Positions 1-10,500 are shown, counted from the whole stretch's first letter. The stretch is 61,593 nt of DNA, filler included, from Anaerolineae bacterium (GCA_029262755.1; 5 parts of 5 records of this genome joined end to end with filler, not necessarily neighbours in it); one strand, 5' to 3'. The notes: generated by a model not told the origin, from the sequence alone. Program-made: numbers and translations.

Positions 1-2340
1 CGCACCCGGCGCGTCCGGATCCAGCGGTAGAAGCGCCACGAGCCCGCCGCCGCGTGTGCCGATCCACAGGTCGTTCCCGTCGCGCGCCAGCGCGCCGACG
101 CCGTGCCCCGCGAGGCCGCCGCCGGCGGGAGCGACGCGCAGCCAGCTACCGTCCGGGACCCGCACCCTGGCGCCGTCGCCGGCCGTCCCGGCCCACAGAA
201 GGCCGTCCGAATCTTCGACGAGGTCCGTCACGGGACCGGCGTCCGGGAGGCGCACGCCTTCCCCTTCGATGCCGTCCACGCCCTCGATGATGCCGCCTGG
301 ATCGCGATCCGGATCGAAGCGGCCGTCCGGGTAGGCCAGACCACCCGTCCACGCACCTCCCGCACTACCCGCGTGAATCGCTCGCAGATCCAATAGCGGC
401 CGGCCGTCCCGCCCACGCAGCGCGGGCGAAAGCCCGTCTTCGCTCGTGAATCCGCGCCACGTGCCGGCGGCGATGTCCAGCACGCTCACGCCACCGCCCG
501 TCGTCATGCGTACACCGCCTGGACGCGTGTCGACATAGAAGAAGTACGCTGTGGACACCCACAGTCGGCCATCGCGCACGTGCAGATCGGTGACGTTGTT
601 GGAGGCAAGCTGTGGCGTCGTGTACGTACGAGCCCACGCCCCTGTGCGTGCATCGAGCGCGGCGAGGCCGGAGCCGCGGTATGCGTGCTCTTTCGGGCCG
701 CGGTCCGTGGCGCCCGTCCCGACCCACAGCGTGCCCCTTCCGTCGAGCGCCAACGCCGACAAGTGATTGCTCGGTAGACCGTCTGCGGTGGTGAACCGGC
801 GCCAGGCGCCGTCGAGATAGCGGCTCAGACCACCGTCGGTCCACGTTCGGCGCTCGGCATCGTAGGTGATCTGCCGCGTGGCCACCCACAGCGAACCATC
901 GGGTCCCACCTCGAGATCCGCGATGCTGTTGGAACCCAAGCCGCCGCCGGTCGACCCGTGGCTGTGATGACGCCACGTCCCGTTCGATTGCAGTTCCCCG
1001 AGCCCATCACGCGCCGTGCCGACCCAGAGGCTGCCGGTGCCGGGATGGCGCAGAACCGCGGTCATGTCGTTGCCCGGAGGCGCACCGGCCCCCGTGGTGG
1101 CGTGATGCAATGGAACCAGGGTCTGTCTGTCGTCCAGCAGCCGGGCAAGCCCGCGTCCGTGAAGCAAGCCTTCGGGATCGCGCGCCGCGGCCCCGAACCA
1201 CACGCCGGCATCCGTATCCGGCAGGATGGCATGGACGAGGTCGCCTGGTGGGGCGCTTGCACCGCGGAGCACGAACCAAGCATCGTCCGCCTCATCCGTC
1301 GGCGTGCCTCGTGGGTCGAGGACGGCCACGCCCGTGCCCTGACCGTTGAATCGTTCCGTGGCCACCCAGACCGCACCATCCGGCCCTTCGGCGACGGCAG
1401 TCACGTAGTTGTCCTGAATACAGCGTGACTCGTTGCCGCAATCGCGCAGCCCAGACCAGGATGCACCGTTCCAAGCCGCGAGGCCGCGTCCGCCCGTCGC
1501 CAACCAAAGAACGTCGGCGCCCGGCGCCAGCGCGCGGGCGTCATCGGAGAGGTTGCTGCTCTGCTCCCCGCCCATCGCGGTCCAACGCTGTCCGTCCAGG
1601 CGGGCGACGCCACCACCGGTGGGCTCCCACCGTCCGGGCACCTGGTTGCCGTCCGGATCTTCGCCGGGTTCACGCCATGCGCGAAACGGTCGTGAAGCGA
1701 GCCATAGCTCGTCCCGCCAGGCCTCGATGTCCCGCACGTCCAGGGAGCTCAGTCCCTCGGCCAAGCCGTACCTTACAAAGTGGCCGCCGTCCTCCGTCAC
1801 GGCGACACCGCCGCCGTGCCATCCGCCGGCCGTCTCCCGACCGGGCAGACGCAGGCCGGCATCCCATACCGGTTCGCTTGCCACCCAGAGTCGGTCCTGC
1901 GCATCGACGGCCAGAGCGGTCAGGGACGGCGAAGGTAGACCGACCGTCACCGAGGCCATGCGCTCCTCGCCGGGCATCCAGGTGGCCAGCCCGTCGCAGG
2001 TAGCGAAGAACCACGTGCCGCGCCAGCGCAACACGTCGCGCACATCGTTGCACGGAAGCCCGTCCCGCGGCGCCAACAACTGGCGCGCGCTCGAACCGTC
2101 CGCATTCCATCGCACGACGCCGCCGCCGCGCGTCGCGGCCCAAAGGACGTCGCCGTCCCGTGCGAGGGCGCGAACGTCGTCGGCGTTGGCGTGTACGTCC
2201 CACGTGCCACGGACCTGCCACTCGCTGGCCGACCCATCGGCGGACACCGCGGGGATTCGGCGAGACGCGCCAAGGAGGAGCAAGATGATGGGTATGAGAA
2301 CGAGTACAGCGCGCAGACGGGGGGTGATCGCGCGGGTCAT
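1..2340 (-). CDS. Secreted beta-propeller protein (two-component-regulator-propeller-like repeats); runs off window edge
   Basis: Absent from the ORF track; manual translation gives ATG 2340 after AGGAG, signal peptide MTRAITPRLRAVLVLIPIILLLLGAS, and repeats such as DGLPCNDVRDV, DGLPSNHLSALALDGRGTLWVGT. Paralogue of 5290..9594. Confidence 0.85.
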   Translation of the reverse strand, partial: MTRAITPRLRAVLVLIPIILLLLGASRRIPAVSADGSASEWQVRGTWDVHANADDVRALARDGDVLWAATRGGGVVRWNADGSSARQLLAPRDGLPCNDVRDVLRWRGTWFFATCDGLATWMPGEERMASVTVGLPSPSLTALAVDAQDRLWVASEPVWDAGLRLPGRETAGGWHGGGVAVTEDGGHFVRYGLAEGLSSLDVRDIEAWRDELWLASRPFRAWREPGEDPDGNQVPGRWEPTGGGVARLDGQRWTAMGGEQSSNLSDDARALAPGADVLWLATGGRGLAAWNGASWSGLRDCGNESRCIQDNYVTAVAEGPDGAVWVATERFNGQGTGVAVLDPRGTPTDEADDAWFVLRGASAPPGDLVHAILPDTDAGVWFGAAARDPEGLLHGRGLARLLDDRQTLVPLHHATTGAGAPPGNDMTAVLRHPGTGSLWVGTARDGLGELQSNGTWRHHSHGSTGGGLGSNSIADLEVGPDGSLWVATRQITYDAERRTWTDGGLSRYLDGAWRRFTTADGLPSNHLSALALDGRGTLWVGTGATDRGPKEHAYRGSGLAALDARTGAWARTYTTPQLASNNVTDLHVRDGRLWVSTAYFFYVDTRPGGVRMTTGGGVSVLDIAAGTWRGFTSEDGLSPALRGRDGRPLLDLRAIHAGSAGGAWTGGLAYPDGRFDPDRDPGGIIEGVDGIEGEGVRLPDAGPVTDLVEDSDGLLWAGTAGDGARVRVPDGSWLRVAPAGGGLAGHGVGALARDGNDLWIGTRGGGLVALLPLDPDAPGA

Positions 2341-2544
2341 GGGCAGGACTCCTGATCGGGGCCGAAGCGGCTCGCGCATCACAACGTGACGCGATGGGCA
2401 TGCGTTACCCCGAGTCCCTGCGAAGGCTCGCCTATCCAAGATTCTCCGTGGTTGCCGTGGGTGATCGCCTTGGTACGACCATTTGTCAGCGCCCGTACAC
2501 GTAGCTTACCCGAGCGCTTCCAGCCGCCTTCCGGAGGCGTGGGT

Positions 2545-5085
2545 TCATGGCGAACGTGCGGGCTCCGGCACCAGCTCGTGCAAGGACACCATGAGCTCGA
2601 GCCGCGTCCAGCGGGGGGGCAACCCGCCCCCTGGGGCGGGAATATCGCCCAGAATGCCCTCGCGTGTCAGGGTCTCGGCACGGATTCCCGGCCAGCGAGG
2701 AACGTCACCACCACCGGCCCACACGACGCGGCGACCCTGCTCGTGCCACGTGCGGACCGCGCTCGCGAGGGCCTCCGGCGATTCGTCCAGCCCGCCGATC
2801 GGAGCAACGTTGAGACCCTCGACGGCCCAGAGCGCGGCGCCCAGTCGGCCCGCGGGATCTTCTCCGAGCGGACTCGGCAGGATGAGGATATCCTCGGGGC
2901 CGACGTGCCGTGCGATGCGCGTCATGAGCGTACGCGATCCGGACATCTCCCTTCCGGGCGTCCATGGGACGGCGCGTTCCGCGATCCCGAAGAGGACCAA
3001 CGCCAGCGCGGCGGTCGCGGCCAGACCGGCGCCGCGTCCGCGTCGCGTGCCCTCGGACCACGCGATCCCTCCGAGGACGGCGACGACGGGCAGCGCGATC
3101 GGCACCAGCCGGCGCGCCACGTATAGCGCCGAGAGATCACGCGTCACGAGCGGCGCGACGAGCGGCACGGCAGCGAGCAGGAGGACGGGCACCCCGATGC
3201 CGTGTTTCCATGGGCCCCGCTCTCGCTCCGCCATCAACGCCAACCCTGCCGCCGCGCCCCAGGCGCCCAAGGGCGTGACCAGCCAGGCCAGCAAGGTGAT
3301 CATCGAAGGCGCTGCGTCGCTCGGGTTCCAGAGCGACCATCCGGTCACGCCCGCCGCGAAGAGCAACGCTAGCGGTGCGACGAAGGAGCGTAGCGGCCGC
3401 TGCCTCTGCGTAGCCATCCGCGGCTGCGCTGCGCGCCAGGCGATTGCGACCAGCGCGAACCCCACGGCGGCAATCGCCAACCAGGGCACGTGTCTCGAGA
3501 CGGCTTGCGCAACCCCCCATCCGTTGATGCGCATGTATGCGCGCGACGGGCCGAATGCCAGCGCTACAAGGTGCAACCAAGGCAACGAAAGGCCGGCCAA
3601 CAAGCCGTGGGTAGCGGCGGAAGCACGATCGCCGCGCAGATCACGCCAAACGGTCCAGCCAAGCGCCACAATCCCGGCGGGCAACAGATCGACCTTGGCC
3701 AGCCCGGCTAGGCCGAGGAGCAATCCCGCAAGCAAAGCGGGGGCCAAGGGGGACGCGCCGGACATCGTGGTCTCGGCGGCTCGGTCGATCCACGAGCCGC
3801 GATCGACCGGGGTGCTCCCGACGCGCGCATTCGTACGACCGCTCACTCCATTAACGGCGCGGGTGCGGGGGACCGTTTGCGTTCGGTCATCCGCCGATCC
3901 GCCACCCTGCGCGTTTCCGCCCTCCACGCCCTCCACGGCTTCTGGGCGTTCAGCCCGTAGCGCGTGCGCGAGCGCGAGGAAGCCGCCGATCGCCAGTGCG
4001 CCGGCCGGAAGCTCGGCGTAGGGCGCCGCCCCGTACCACGCGAAGGCGGGCCCGATACCCGCCACGAGCACCGCGGGCACGGTTGCGCGCGCTCCCCCTA
4101 GCCGCTCGGCCATCCCGCCGACCGCCAGGAGCCATGCCAACGCCCACGGCCACATCGCGGCACCCGGCGCTCCCATGCCGAACCACGACGTCCACAGTGC
4201 AATCCACGTGGCCAACAGCGGAGGATGCCAAGGCTGCGTCGCAAAGGGCTCCGCTTCGATCGACGAGACAGCCAGCGCAGCGCCGAAGCGGCCCATGGTG
4301 GCGTCACCCGGCACGCCGAGGCCGGCCGCCCGCTGCTCGGCGAAATCGGCAACGAAAGCGGATGGTTCGGCCAGGGCGGCCAGCGCGGGCGGGTGAAAGG
4401 AGAGGCCGCCCTCCCGTGCGATAAGGTGGCCAGTCGCGGCGTACCAACCTCCATCCAGCAACGCGGGCCACGACGCACCAGGCGGCACCACCAACGCCAG
4501 ACGCGCCCCGAGCACGAACACGATTGCGAGCGCCGCCACGCTCCATCGCGAAGGCCGAAGCCATGCGGCGTTGTACCGCGAAAAAAGGCCAAGCAGAGCG
4601 GCGGCGGCTAGCGTTTCCGCAGCCCACGCAGCGCCTGCCAACGTCGGCGAGAACCGGCCCAGATGGGCGCTTCCCAGACCAACCCACGCCGCGGAAGCCA
4701 GCGCCGGCAGGACGAGCAGCAAGGCGGCTTCCCACACGGTCAAGGATGGCAGGATGGGAGCGAACCACGAGGTCCGGCTGGACTGGTGCGCCGGTGCGGC
4801 GACCGCAGGTTCGGTGCCGAATTGCGCCGGTTCTTCTGCGCGGCCCAGTACTCGGGCGCATTGAATGTGCAAGGCAGCAGGGCGCCGATGCGTCATCGAT
4901 GTGCTTCGCGGCATTGAGGGAATAGCAGCGCTATTGCCGAAGAGCGGCGGAGCGCAGCGGAGGATGCAGCGATGACCGAGCCCTGAAGATTCAGTGCGCC
5001 CGCGCACGATCACCGGCATCGAACGATCCGAAACGGGAGCCACCACAGCTGCGGGCTCCGAGCCCACCCTCCTTCGAGTATCCAT
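2545..5085 (-). CDS. Multi-pass membrane protein, GT-C superfamily glycosyltransferase-like (start uncertain)
   Basis: Many TM segments, LDGGWY loop, HPPLLATWIA, YAELP and ARRLVPIALP motifs. Frame is open to 5148; the start could be 5085, 5019 or downstream near 4744. Confidence 0.65.
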   Translation of the reverse strand: MDTRRRVGSEPAAVVAPVSDRSMPVIVRGRTESSGLGHRCILRCAPPLFGNSAAIPSMPRSTSMTHRRPAALHIQCARVLGRAEEPAQFGTEPAVAAPAHQSSRTSWFAPILPSLTVWEAALLLVLPALASAAWVGLGSAHLGRFSPTLAGAAWAAETLAAAALLGLFSRYNAAWLRPSRWSVAALAIVFVLGARLALVVPPGASWPALLDGGWYAATGHLIAREGGLSFHPPALAALAEPSAFVADFAEQRAAGLGVPGDATMGRFGAALAVSSIEAEPFATQPWHPPLLATWIALWTSWFGMGAPGAAMWPWALAWLLAVGGMAERLGGARATVPAVLVAGIGPAFAWYGAAPYAELPAGALAIGGFLALAHALRAERPEAVEGVEGGNAQGGGSADDRTQTVPRTRAVNGVSGRTNARVGSTPVDRGSWIDRAAETTMSGASPLAPALLAGLLLGLAGLAKVDLLPAGIVALGWTVWRDLRGDRASAATHGLLAGLSLPWLHLVALAFGPSRAYMRINGWGVAQAVSRHVPWLAIAAVGFALVAIAWRAAQPRMATQRQRPLRSFVAPLALLFAAGVTGWSLWNPSDAAPSMITLLAWLVTPLGAWGAAAGLALMAERERGPWKHGIGVPVLLLAAVPLVAPLVTRDLSALYVARRLVPIALPVVAVLGGIAWSEGTRRGRGAGLAATAALALVLFGIAERAVPWTPGREMSGSRTLMTRIARHVGPEDILILPSPLGEDPAGRLGAALWAVEGLNVAPIGGLDESPEALASAVRTWHEQGRRVVWAGGGDVPRWPGIRAETLTREGILGDIPAPGGGLPPRWTRLELMVSLHELVPEPARSP
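4849..5006. repeat. Diverged palindromic element related to the 159-bp MITE-like repeats, in-frame within ORF 2545..5148
   Basis: Terminal IR CGGGCGCATTGAAT (4853) / ATTCAGTGCGCCCG (to 5002). Shares GAATAGCAGCGCTATTGC and GGATGCAGCGA with the copies at 32440 and 46053. Ends are approximate. Confidence 0.7.
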
Positions 5086-5289
5086 CGCGCAACGGACCGA
5101 AGGTGTGGCCCCCGCAACGCTACGCCCGGTAGCACGTCGCACGCGCAAAGACCGGAGGTATCCGGCGTGCGATCATGCCTGTCCGAATCGCGTCGCGCCG
5201 CACTCTGTACTGTAGCGAGCACCATGGATGCGCGGTACGAAGAGAGCCTGCGCCCGAGCACGCGCAGCTCCGGGATCACGTCCCGTGGA

Positions 5290-8200
5290 TCAAGGTGCGA
5301 CGTATCGCAAGATCGTGCCGTCGACGCCGACCGCCCATCCACGTCGACCGTCGTCGCTGAACCAGAGCGCGTTCAGGTCGCGGCTGACACCCGAGACGGT
5401 TCCCGTACTCCACTCCGTCCCGTTCCACAGCCACAGCCCGCCACGCTCGCCCGCGACCCACATCATGTCGTCCGCAATCATGTGAACGGCCTTCAGATCG
5501 CGGCCGGCTGTCTGCGGACGGCTGGACATCTGCCGCCATTCACCGTCCGGGCCCACAACCCATATCCGCCCCGATGCGCCGACCGCGGCACCGACGGTGG
5601 CGGATCGCATGTGGATGTCATGAAGGGAGCCGGTCACGGGTCCGGGCGACCATGTCGTGCCGTTCCACGTGTGGATGCGCGCCCCGGTCAGTGCCGAAGA
5701 GACCGCGACGGCGTGGGTCTCGCTGACCATCGCGATCGCGCTGTACTCGTGCGACGTGTTGTTGAGGTCCGCGCCGCTCTGGTTGTCCCACAACGCCCCG
5801 TCGTAGAACAAACGCGATCCTCGGTCCCTGCCGAGCAAGAGGCCGCGCGTACCCTGCCCGCCACGCACGGCGGACACGGCCACCCAGTCGTCCAGGTGAC
5901 TCGTGTTGTTGATACGCCATTGCTGGCCGCCCGTCGTCGTGGAGAGCATGGTGCCGTTCTGCCCGATGCGATCGCCGCCGATGAAGCCGAAGCGTGAGTC
6001 AAGCATGAACACGGTGTTGAGCGTGCGGCCGCCGACAGCGGATCCGCTGGTCATCTCGACCCCGTCCCAGATGAGCACGGTGCTGCTGTTGCCCACCATC
6101 ACCACTTGCTGCGCCGATGGGCCGTGTACGTCGTTCAGCGTTTCACGCGTCAACGATCGAGCCGAGTTGAAGTTGGACCATGTGCCGATCGGCGGGCGTT
6201 CGGGCGTCATCGTCGCGGTGGGCGTCATCGTGGGCGGCGCGGTCGTTGCCGTAGGGCTCGCCGTTGCGGTTGCCGGCGTCGAGCCGAGCGTCGGCGTGGG
6301 CGGCACGGGGGTCGCACTCGGCGGCGGCGTGCGCGTCGGCGTCGGCGAGATCCGCGGGGTCGCGGATGGCGCTAAGGTCGCCGAGGGCCGTGGCGTGTTT
6401 GTCGGGGTTGCGGTGGGCAAGACGCGCAGCGGCGTCGCCTGAGCCGGCCGGATGATCTTACCCGGCTCGCGGAGTTGGCCGAAGGGCAGATACACATCGC
6501 ACCAGCCCGGCCAGCGAGGCGAGTAGCACGCGGCGAAGGGCGTCTTGTTCGGATCGCGCGTCGGCGGCGGGCGGCGGGTCGGCGTCGGTGGCGTCACGCC
6601 CGGCGGGAAGGTCGGCGTGACCGTCGGCGGCCGCATGGTCTCCGTGGGCTCGATGGTGTTGCGCGGGGTCGCGGTCGGCGTCTTCGAAGGCGTCGGGCTG
6701 TTGAGGGGCGTGGGCGTCGCGCGCGGCTCGAAGTCGTAGTACGCGGCGCCGTCTTGCAAGGTGCCGACCCACATGCCGTCGCCGTCGCGCGAAACCGACT
6801 GGATCTCGTTGCTGACCAGGCCGGAGTTTTCCTTCGTGTGAACGTACCATGCCGTGTCGTCGTAGACGCGCAAGCCGGCCTCCGGCGGGATCTGACCGAA
6901 GCCGCGTCGATGCAAGCCGACCCAGAGGTTGCCAAAGGGATCCAGGGCCATGTCGCGAACCTCGCCTTGGCCATCCCACGTGCGATGCTTCCAACTCTCG
7001 TTGGTACAGGCGTCGAGCGGGCACCAATTCAAGGTGGCGTTCACGCCGAATCCGTTCAGCCAGTGGAAGCCCCGATCTCCGTCCCAACCACCAAGCCACA
7101 ACAGGTTGCGCTGGCGATCGGCCAACACGGACTCAAAGGTGCCGTCCTTGTACGCGCGAAGCAACGCGCCCTTGTCCTTGCGCCAGAAGGACCACTCGGA
7201 TCCGTTCCACCGCGAGACGCCGCCACCAAAGAAGACTTGCGACAACGTACCATCCGGCGCGCTGTTGAGCTTCTTGGCCGGGAAGTGCGCAGCGTACATA
7301 TCGCCCGTGCCTGAATCGAGCGACAAGTCGCCGATGCCGTTGCCGCCGAGCTTCAAACCGCTGCCACCCTGCGGTGGCAGATAGTGATAGATGAAGGTCT
7401 CCGTCGCGGGATCGAAGACGGACATGCCGTCGCCCGACGAACTGCTCGGGCTGCCCGTACCGGTCCAGATCCGCCCTTGCGCGTCGGCGGCGACGGTCTT
7501 GACCTCTTGATCGATGACACCCGTGCCGTCGAGCGCGTCAACCGGCCGTGTCTGGTCCCAGACGCTCCAGTTGGTACCGTCCCAACGGCCCAAACCGCCG
7601 TCAAGCCAGCACTCGGGCGGCTCACTACACTCGTTGCGCGGCAACCAGATAGACTCGCGTCCACCCACGTAGACCCGTCCCTCCGCGTCGAAAGCAATCT
7701 GGCTTGCGTGGTCGGAAGCGGGTCCGCGATCGGTCAGGAAGATCGGCGTACCGCCGAGCACATTTCGTCCGAGGTCGGGCCGGATGTCGATGAAGGGTCC
7801 GAGGCCGTTGGTCTTCGGCCGAAAGCGGACGACCCGGTAGCGAATCGGGTCTTCGCCGATCTTGATGTAGTTGACCCGTTGATTGAAGACCTGGTCGTAG
7901 GTATCGCGGTCGGGGATGTCGATCGCGATGCGTCCGAGACCGGAACGCGCCGGACCTGTCACCTGGGCTACCTGGCTACCCGCACCGAACGCGCGCCACC
8001 AATGCCACCGCTCCCCGTCGAACATCGAAACGCCGTGCCGTTCGAGCGCGAACCAGACTTCGTTGCGTGTGGGGTGTGCCTGCACATCACGCAGCTGGTT
8101 GCTCGCGAGGCCGTTGTCCGCCGTGCGCAGCGGCACCCATCGTTCCTCGGCTTCGATGTAGCGTCGGATGCCGTAGCCATCGCCGAAGCGGTCGCTCCGG

Positions 8201-9594
8201 GTGCCCATATATACCTGCCCGTCGCGCGAAACATCGAGGGCGGTGACCAATTTGTCGGAGCCCCCGTCTTCCACGCCATCGAGCGTAAGGAAGCGCCACT
8301 GATCATCGGAGGTCCAGGGCGTCTTCGAGGCCGACGAATCTTCGAAGGTGCCGTTGTGCGTCAATACGGCGACACCCTCGCCTTCGTCCCGCCCTGCGCC
8401 GTGCGCGATCCATACGCGGTTCTGACTATCGATATCGACGGCGTACACATGCCGTCCGCGCAGCCCTTCGGCCGAAACGGGGCCGCCGCTATTGACCGGC
8501 CGATAGTAGGGCAGACCCGAACAGCCGATGCGCTGAAGCCCGAACTGGAATAGCAGCAGGCCACGATCGTGGGTGCCGACCCACATGCGCCCGTCGACAT
8601 CCGGCTCGAGATCGCTGACGTTGTCCGAGAAGCAAGCACCGCTGGCGCTGCCTTCATTGTCCGCAGGCCGGTAGATAACGAACACCGCATCTTCCGGCGG
8701 CAGATCCGCAGCGACCACCGAATCCAAGTCGGTCACGATCAGCCCGCCGCCGCCGAGGACCCAGCCCTCGGTGCAGTTGCCCGGCTCGTGGCAGGTCTGC
8801 TCAAACTGCAGGTATTGCTCGGAGGCAATCCATAGGTTGCCATCGCTGTCGTAAGCCAGGTCCGTGATGTTCTCGGACGAGATGGTCGTGTAATTGCCAC
8901 GATCGGTGCGAGGATTCATCCGATGCGACCACGTCTCCGCGACCGGATCGAAGAGCGCAACGCCACCGGGCCGATACGCTCCGAGGCCGTCTACCCGCGG
9001 ATGCGGGTTCTCCATCGTGTCGTCCCACTCCTGCCCGAACCCGACCCACAGCCGCCCGTCATTCCGCTCGAGGACCACGCGAACGGGCCGTGCCGGCATG
9101 CCGTTCGGATTGTCGCGGTCCGCGGGGTCCGGAGCGTAGGTGGTCATGTCTCCGGAATCGGTATCAAAGCGCACGAGGCCGCGCTGGGTGGCAAGCCAAA
9201 GCAGGCCGTCCGAGGACCGCACGATGTCATTGATCCGATTGGAAGGCAGGCCGTCTTGCGGCGATAGAAACTGCCGGTAGGAATCGCCTGCGAGGCTCGG
9301 GTCGGCGGACAAGGACCACCGTACGAGGCCCCCACCGTCGGTCGCGGACCACACGACGTCGTCGACGCGCAGGATCGCATTCACGCGATCGCCGTTGGCG
9401 AAGGTCGTGAAATGGCCATCCGCCAAGGGCCCGCCGGTCGCGAGATCAGGACCATCTGCGCTCTGTGCGCCACCCGGAAGGGCGGGGCCGATGGTCAGCA
9501 ATGCGGCGGCCAGCAGACCGGCGGCCCATAGGGGGCGAAGCGCAAGACCGGACAGTAGAGAAGTCGGGGGGGACTCGAGAAGAGGTTGCGGCAT
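5290..9594 (-). CDS. Large secreted multi-propeller protein with Pro/Thr linkers, an internal VYLP motif and a C-terminal YCF48/BNR-like propeller
   Basis: ATG 9594 after GAGGA, signal peptide, repeats DGLPSNRINDI and NSGLVSNEIQS, PT-rich tracts flanking CDVYLPFGQLR, C-terminal L.[DA]V...W.[VA]G..G repeats. Confidence 0.85.
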   Translation of the reverse strand: MPQPLLESPPTSLLSGLALRPLWAAGLLAAALLTIGPALPGGAQSADGPDLATGGPLADGHFTTFANGDRVNAILRVDDVVWSATDGGGLVRWSLSADPSLAGDSYRQFLSPQDGLPSNRINDIVRSSDGLLWLATQRGLVRFDTDSGDMTTYAPDPADRDNPNGMPARPVRVVLERNDGRLWVGFGQEWDDTMENPHPRVDGLGAYRPGGVALFDPVAETWSHRMNPRTDRGNYTTISSENITDLAYDSDGNLWIASEQYLQFEQTCHEPGNCTEGWVLGGGGLIVTDLDSVVAADLPPEDAVFVIYRPADNEGSASGACFSDNVSDLEPDVDGRMWVGTHDRGLLLFQFGLQRIGCSGLPYYRPVNSGGPVSAEGLRGRHVYAVDIDSQNRVWIAHGAGRDEGEGVAVLTHNGTFEDSSASKTPWTSDDQWRFLTLDGVEDGGSDKLVTALDVSRDGQVYMGTRSDRFGDGYGIRRYIEAEERWVPLRTADNGLASNQLRDVQAHPTRNEVWFALERHGVSMFDGERWHWWRAFGAGSQVAQVTGPARSGLGRIAIDIPDRDTYDQVFNQRVNYIKIGEDPIRYRVVRFRPKTNGLGPFIDIRPDLGRNVLGGTPIFLTDRGPASDHASQIAFDAEGRVYVGGRESIWLPRNECSEPPECWLDGGLGRWDGTNWSVWDQTRPVDALDGTGVIDQEVKTVAADAQGRIWTGTGSPSSSSGDGMSVFDPATETFIYHYLPPQGGSGLKLGGNGIGDLSLDSGTGDMYAAHFPAKKLNSAPDGTLSQVFFGGGVSRWNGSEWSFWRKDKGALLRAYKDGTFESVLADRQRNLLWLGGWDGDRGFHWLNGFGVNATLNWCPLDACTNESWKHRTWDGQGEVRDMALDPFGNLWVGLHRRGFGQIPPEAGLRVYDDTAWYVHTKENSGLVSNEIQSVSRDGDGMWVGTLQDGAAYYDFEPRATPTPLNSPTPSKTPTATPRNTIEPTETMRPPTVTPTFPPGVTPPTPTRRPPPTRDPNKTPFAACYSPRWPGWCDVYLPFGQLREPGKIIRPAQATPLRVLPTATPTNTPRPSATLAPSATPRISPTPTRTPPPSATPVPPTPTLGSTPATATASPTATTAPPTMTPTATMTPERPPIGTWSNFNSARSLTRETLNDVHGPSAQQVVMVGNSSTVLIWDGVEMTSGSAVGGRTLNTVFMLDSRFGFIGGDRIGQNGTMLSTTTGGQQWRINNTSHLDDWVAVSAVRGGQGTRGLLLGRDRGSRLFYDGALWDNQSGADLNNTSHEYSAIAMVSETHAVAVSSALTGARIHTWNGTTWSPGPVTGSLHDIHMRSATVGAAVGASGRIWVVGPDGEWRQMSSRPQTAGRDLKAVHMIADDMMWVAGERGGLWLWNGTEWSTGTVSGVSRDLNALWFSDDGRRGWAVGVDGTILRYVAP

Positions 9595-10037
9595 CAGGGG
9601 GAATCCTCGAACGCGGCTGGTGGCTCCCAAGGCAGGGGAGCGCGAGTCGAGCGGCGCGCGGAGATGGGACGTTAGACGCGGGGGAAGCGCCTTCACATCC
9701 CTCCGCACCACGCGGGGGTCGACTGTATAGACGTTGCGGACAGCCTCGGGATACGAGGCCTTATGAAATGGGCTTGACGCGCTCTGCCGGTACCCCCTGG
9801 CTAGCGACGCTAGGGTACACCACACCTGGGACACGGCAAAGCAATCGAGGACTACCGTTTGCCCCGATTCGTAGGGTGACGCACCGGGATCCGCGACGTG
9901 CAAAGTACGGCCGATCCACGTACGAACCATCGGGTGAAATCGACCGGCGGGCCGCCCGTAAGGCGGGGGGGGCGCCGGTGGGGTGTGCCCCGCCTCAGGG
10001 GGGGCGGCCAAATATGATATTTACGAACAAAGGGTGG

Positions 10038-10137
10038 NNNNNNNNNNNNNNNNNNNNNNNNNNNNNNNNNNNNNNNNNNNNTTAATTAATTAANNNNNNN
10101 NNNNNNNNNNNNNNNNNNNNNNNNNNNNNNNNNNNNN
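10038..10137. other. Artificial contig-join spacer
   Basis: N44-TTAATTAATTAA-N44, with stops in all six frames. Confidence 0.98.
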
Positions 10138-10500
10138 CACGAGGACGCCCCGCCCGACGTCATCGGGAGCATCGATCTGCCGCCCGCGATGCCACCTCGA
10201 GCGCGAATCTCCACGGTGCCGGGCACCGATCTCGCGCCCTTCGGCACGGGACTCCTGATGCAAGGGGGTATCGCATGGGTGGCGCAGGGAGACGCGGGCG
10301 TCTTCGCCGTCGACGTGCGCGTACCGGAGTTGCCCAGCGAGATCGCGCGCTTCGAGACGCGGGGCACCGCCCGCCGCATCGCGGTCGCGGGCGACCGCGT
10401 CTACGTCGCCGACGGGGAAGGCGGGCTGCTCGTGCTACGGTGGACGGATTGGGAGCCAAGCAGCCGGCTGTGGTTGCCGGCGCTGCAAGGGACACGGTGA
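10138..10500 (+). CDS. C-terminal fragment of LVIVD-repeat protein (5' truncated by spacer)
   Basis: IAWVAQGDAGVFAVDV, RIAVAGDRVYVADGEGGLLVLRW; ends RLWLPALQGTR. Confidence 0.85.
   Translation, partial: HEDAPPDVIGSIDLPPAMPPRARISTVPGTDLAPFGTGLLMQGGIAWVAQGDAGVFAVDVRVPELPSEIARFETRGTARRIAVAGDRVYVADGEGGLLVLRWTDWEPSSRLWLPALQGTR

Noticed and set aside
6200..6720. PT-linker and other short repeats as a CRISPR array
   Set aside because: They are coding low-complexity repeats with no repeat-spacer structure, and no cas genes are present.
9600..10037. c-di-GMP-I riboswitch upstream of the large propeller gene (GGCAAAC seen)
   Set aside because: The GAAA tetraloop stem and the rest of the consensus are missing.
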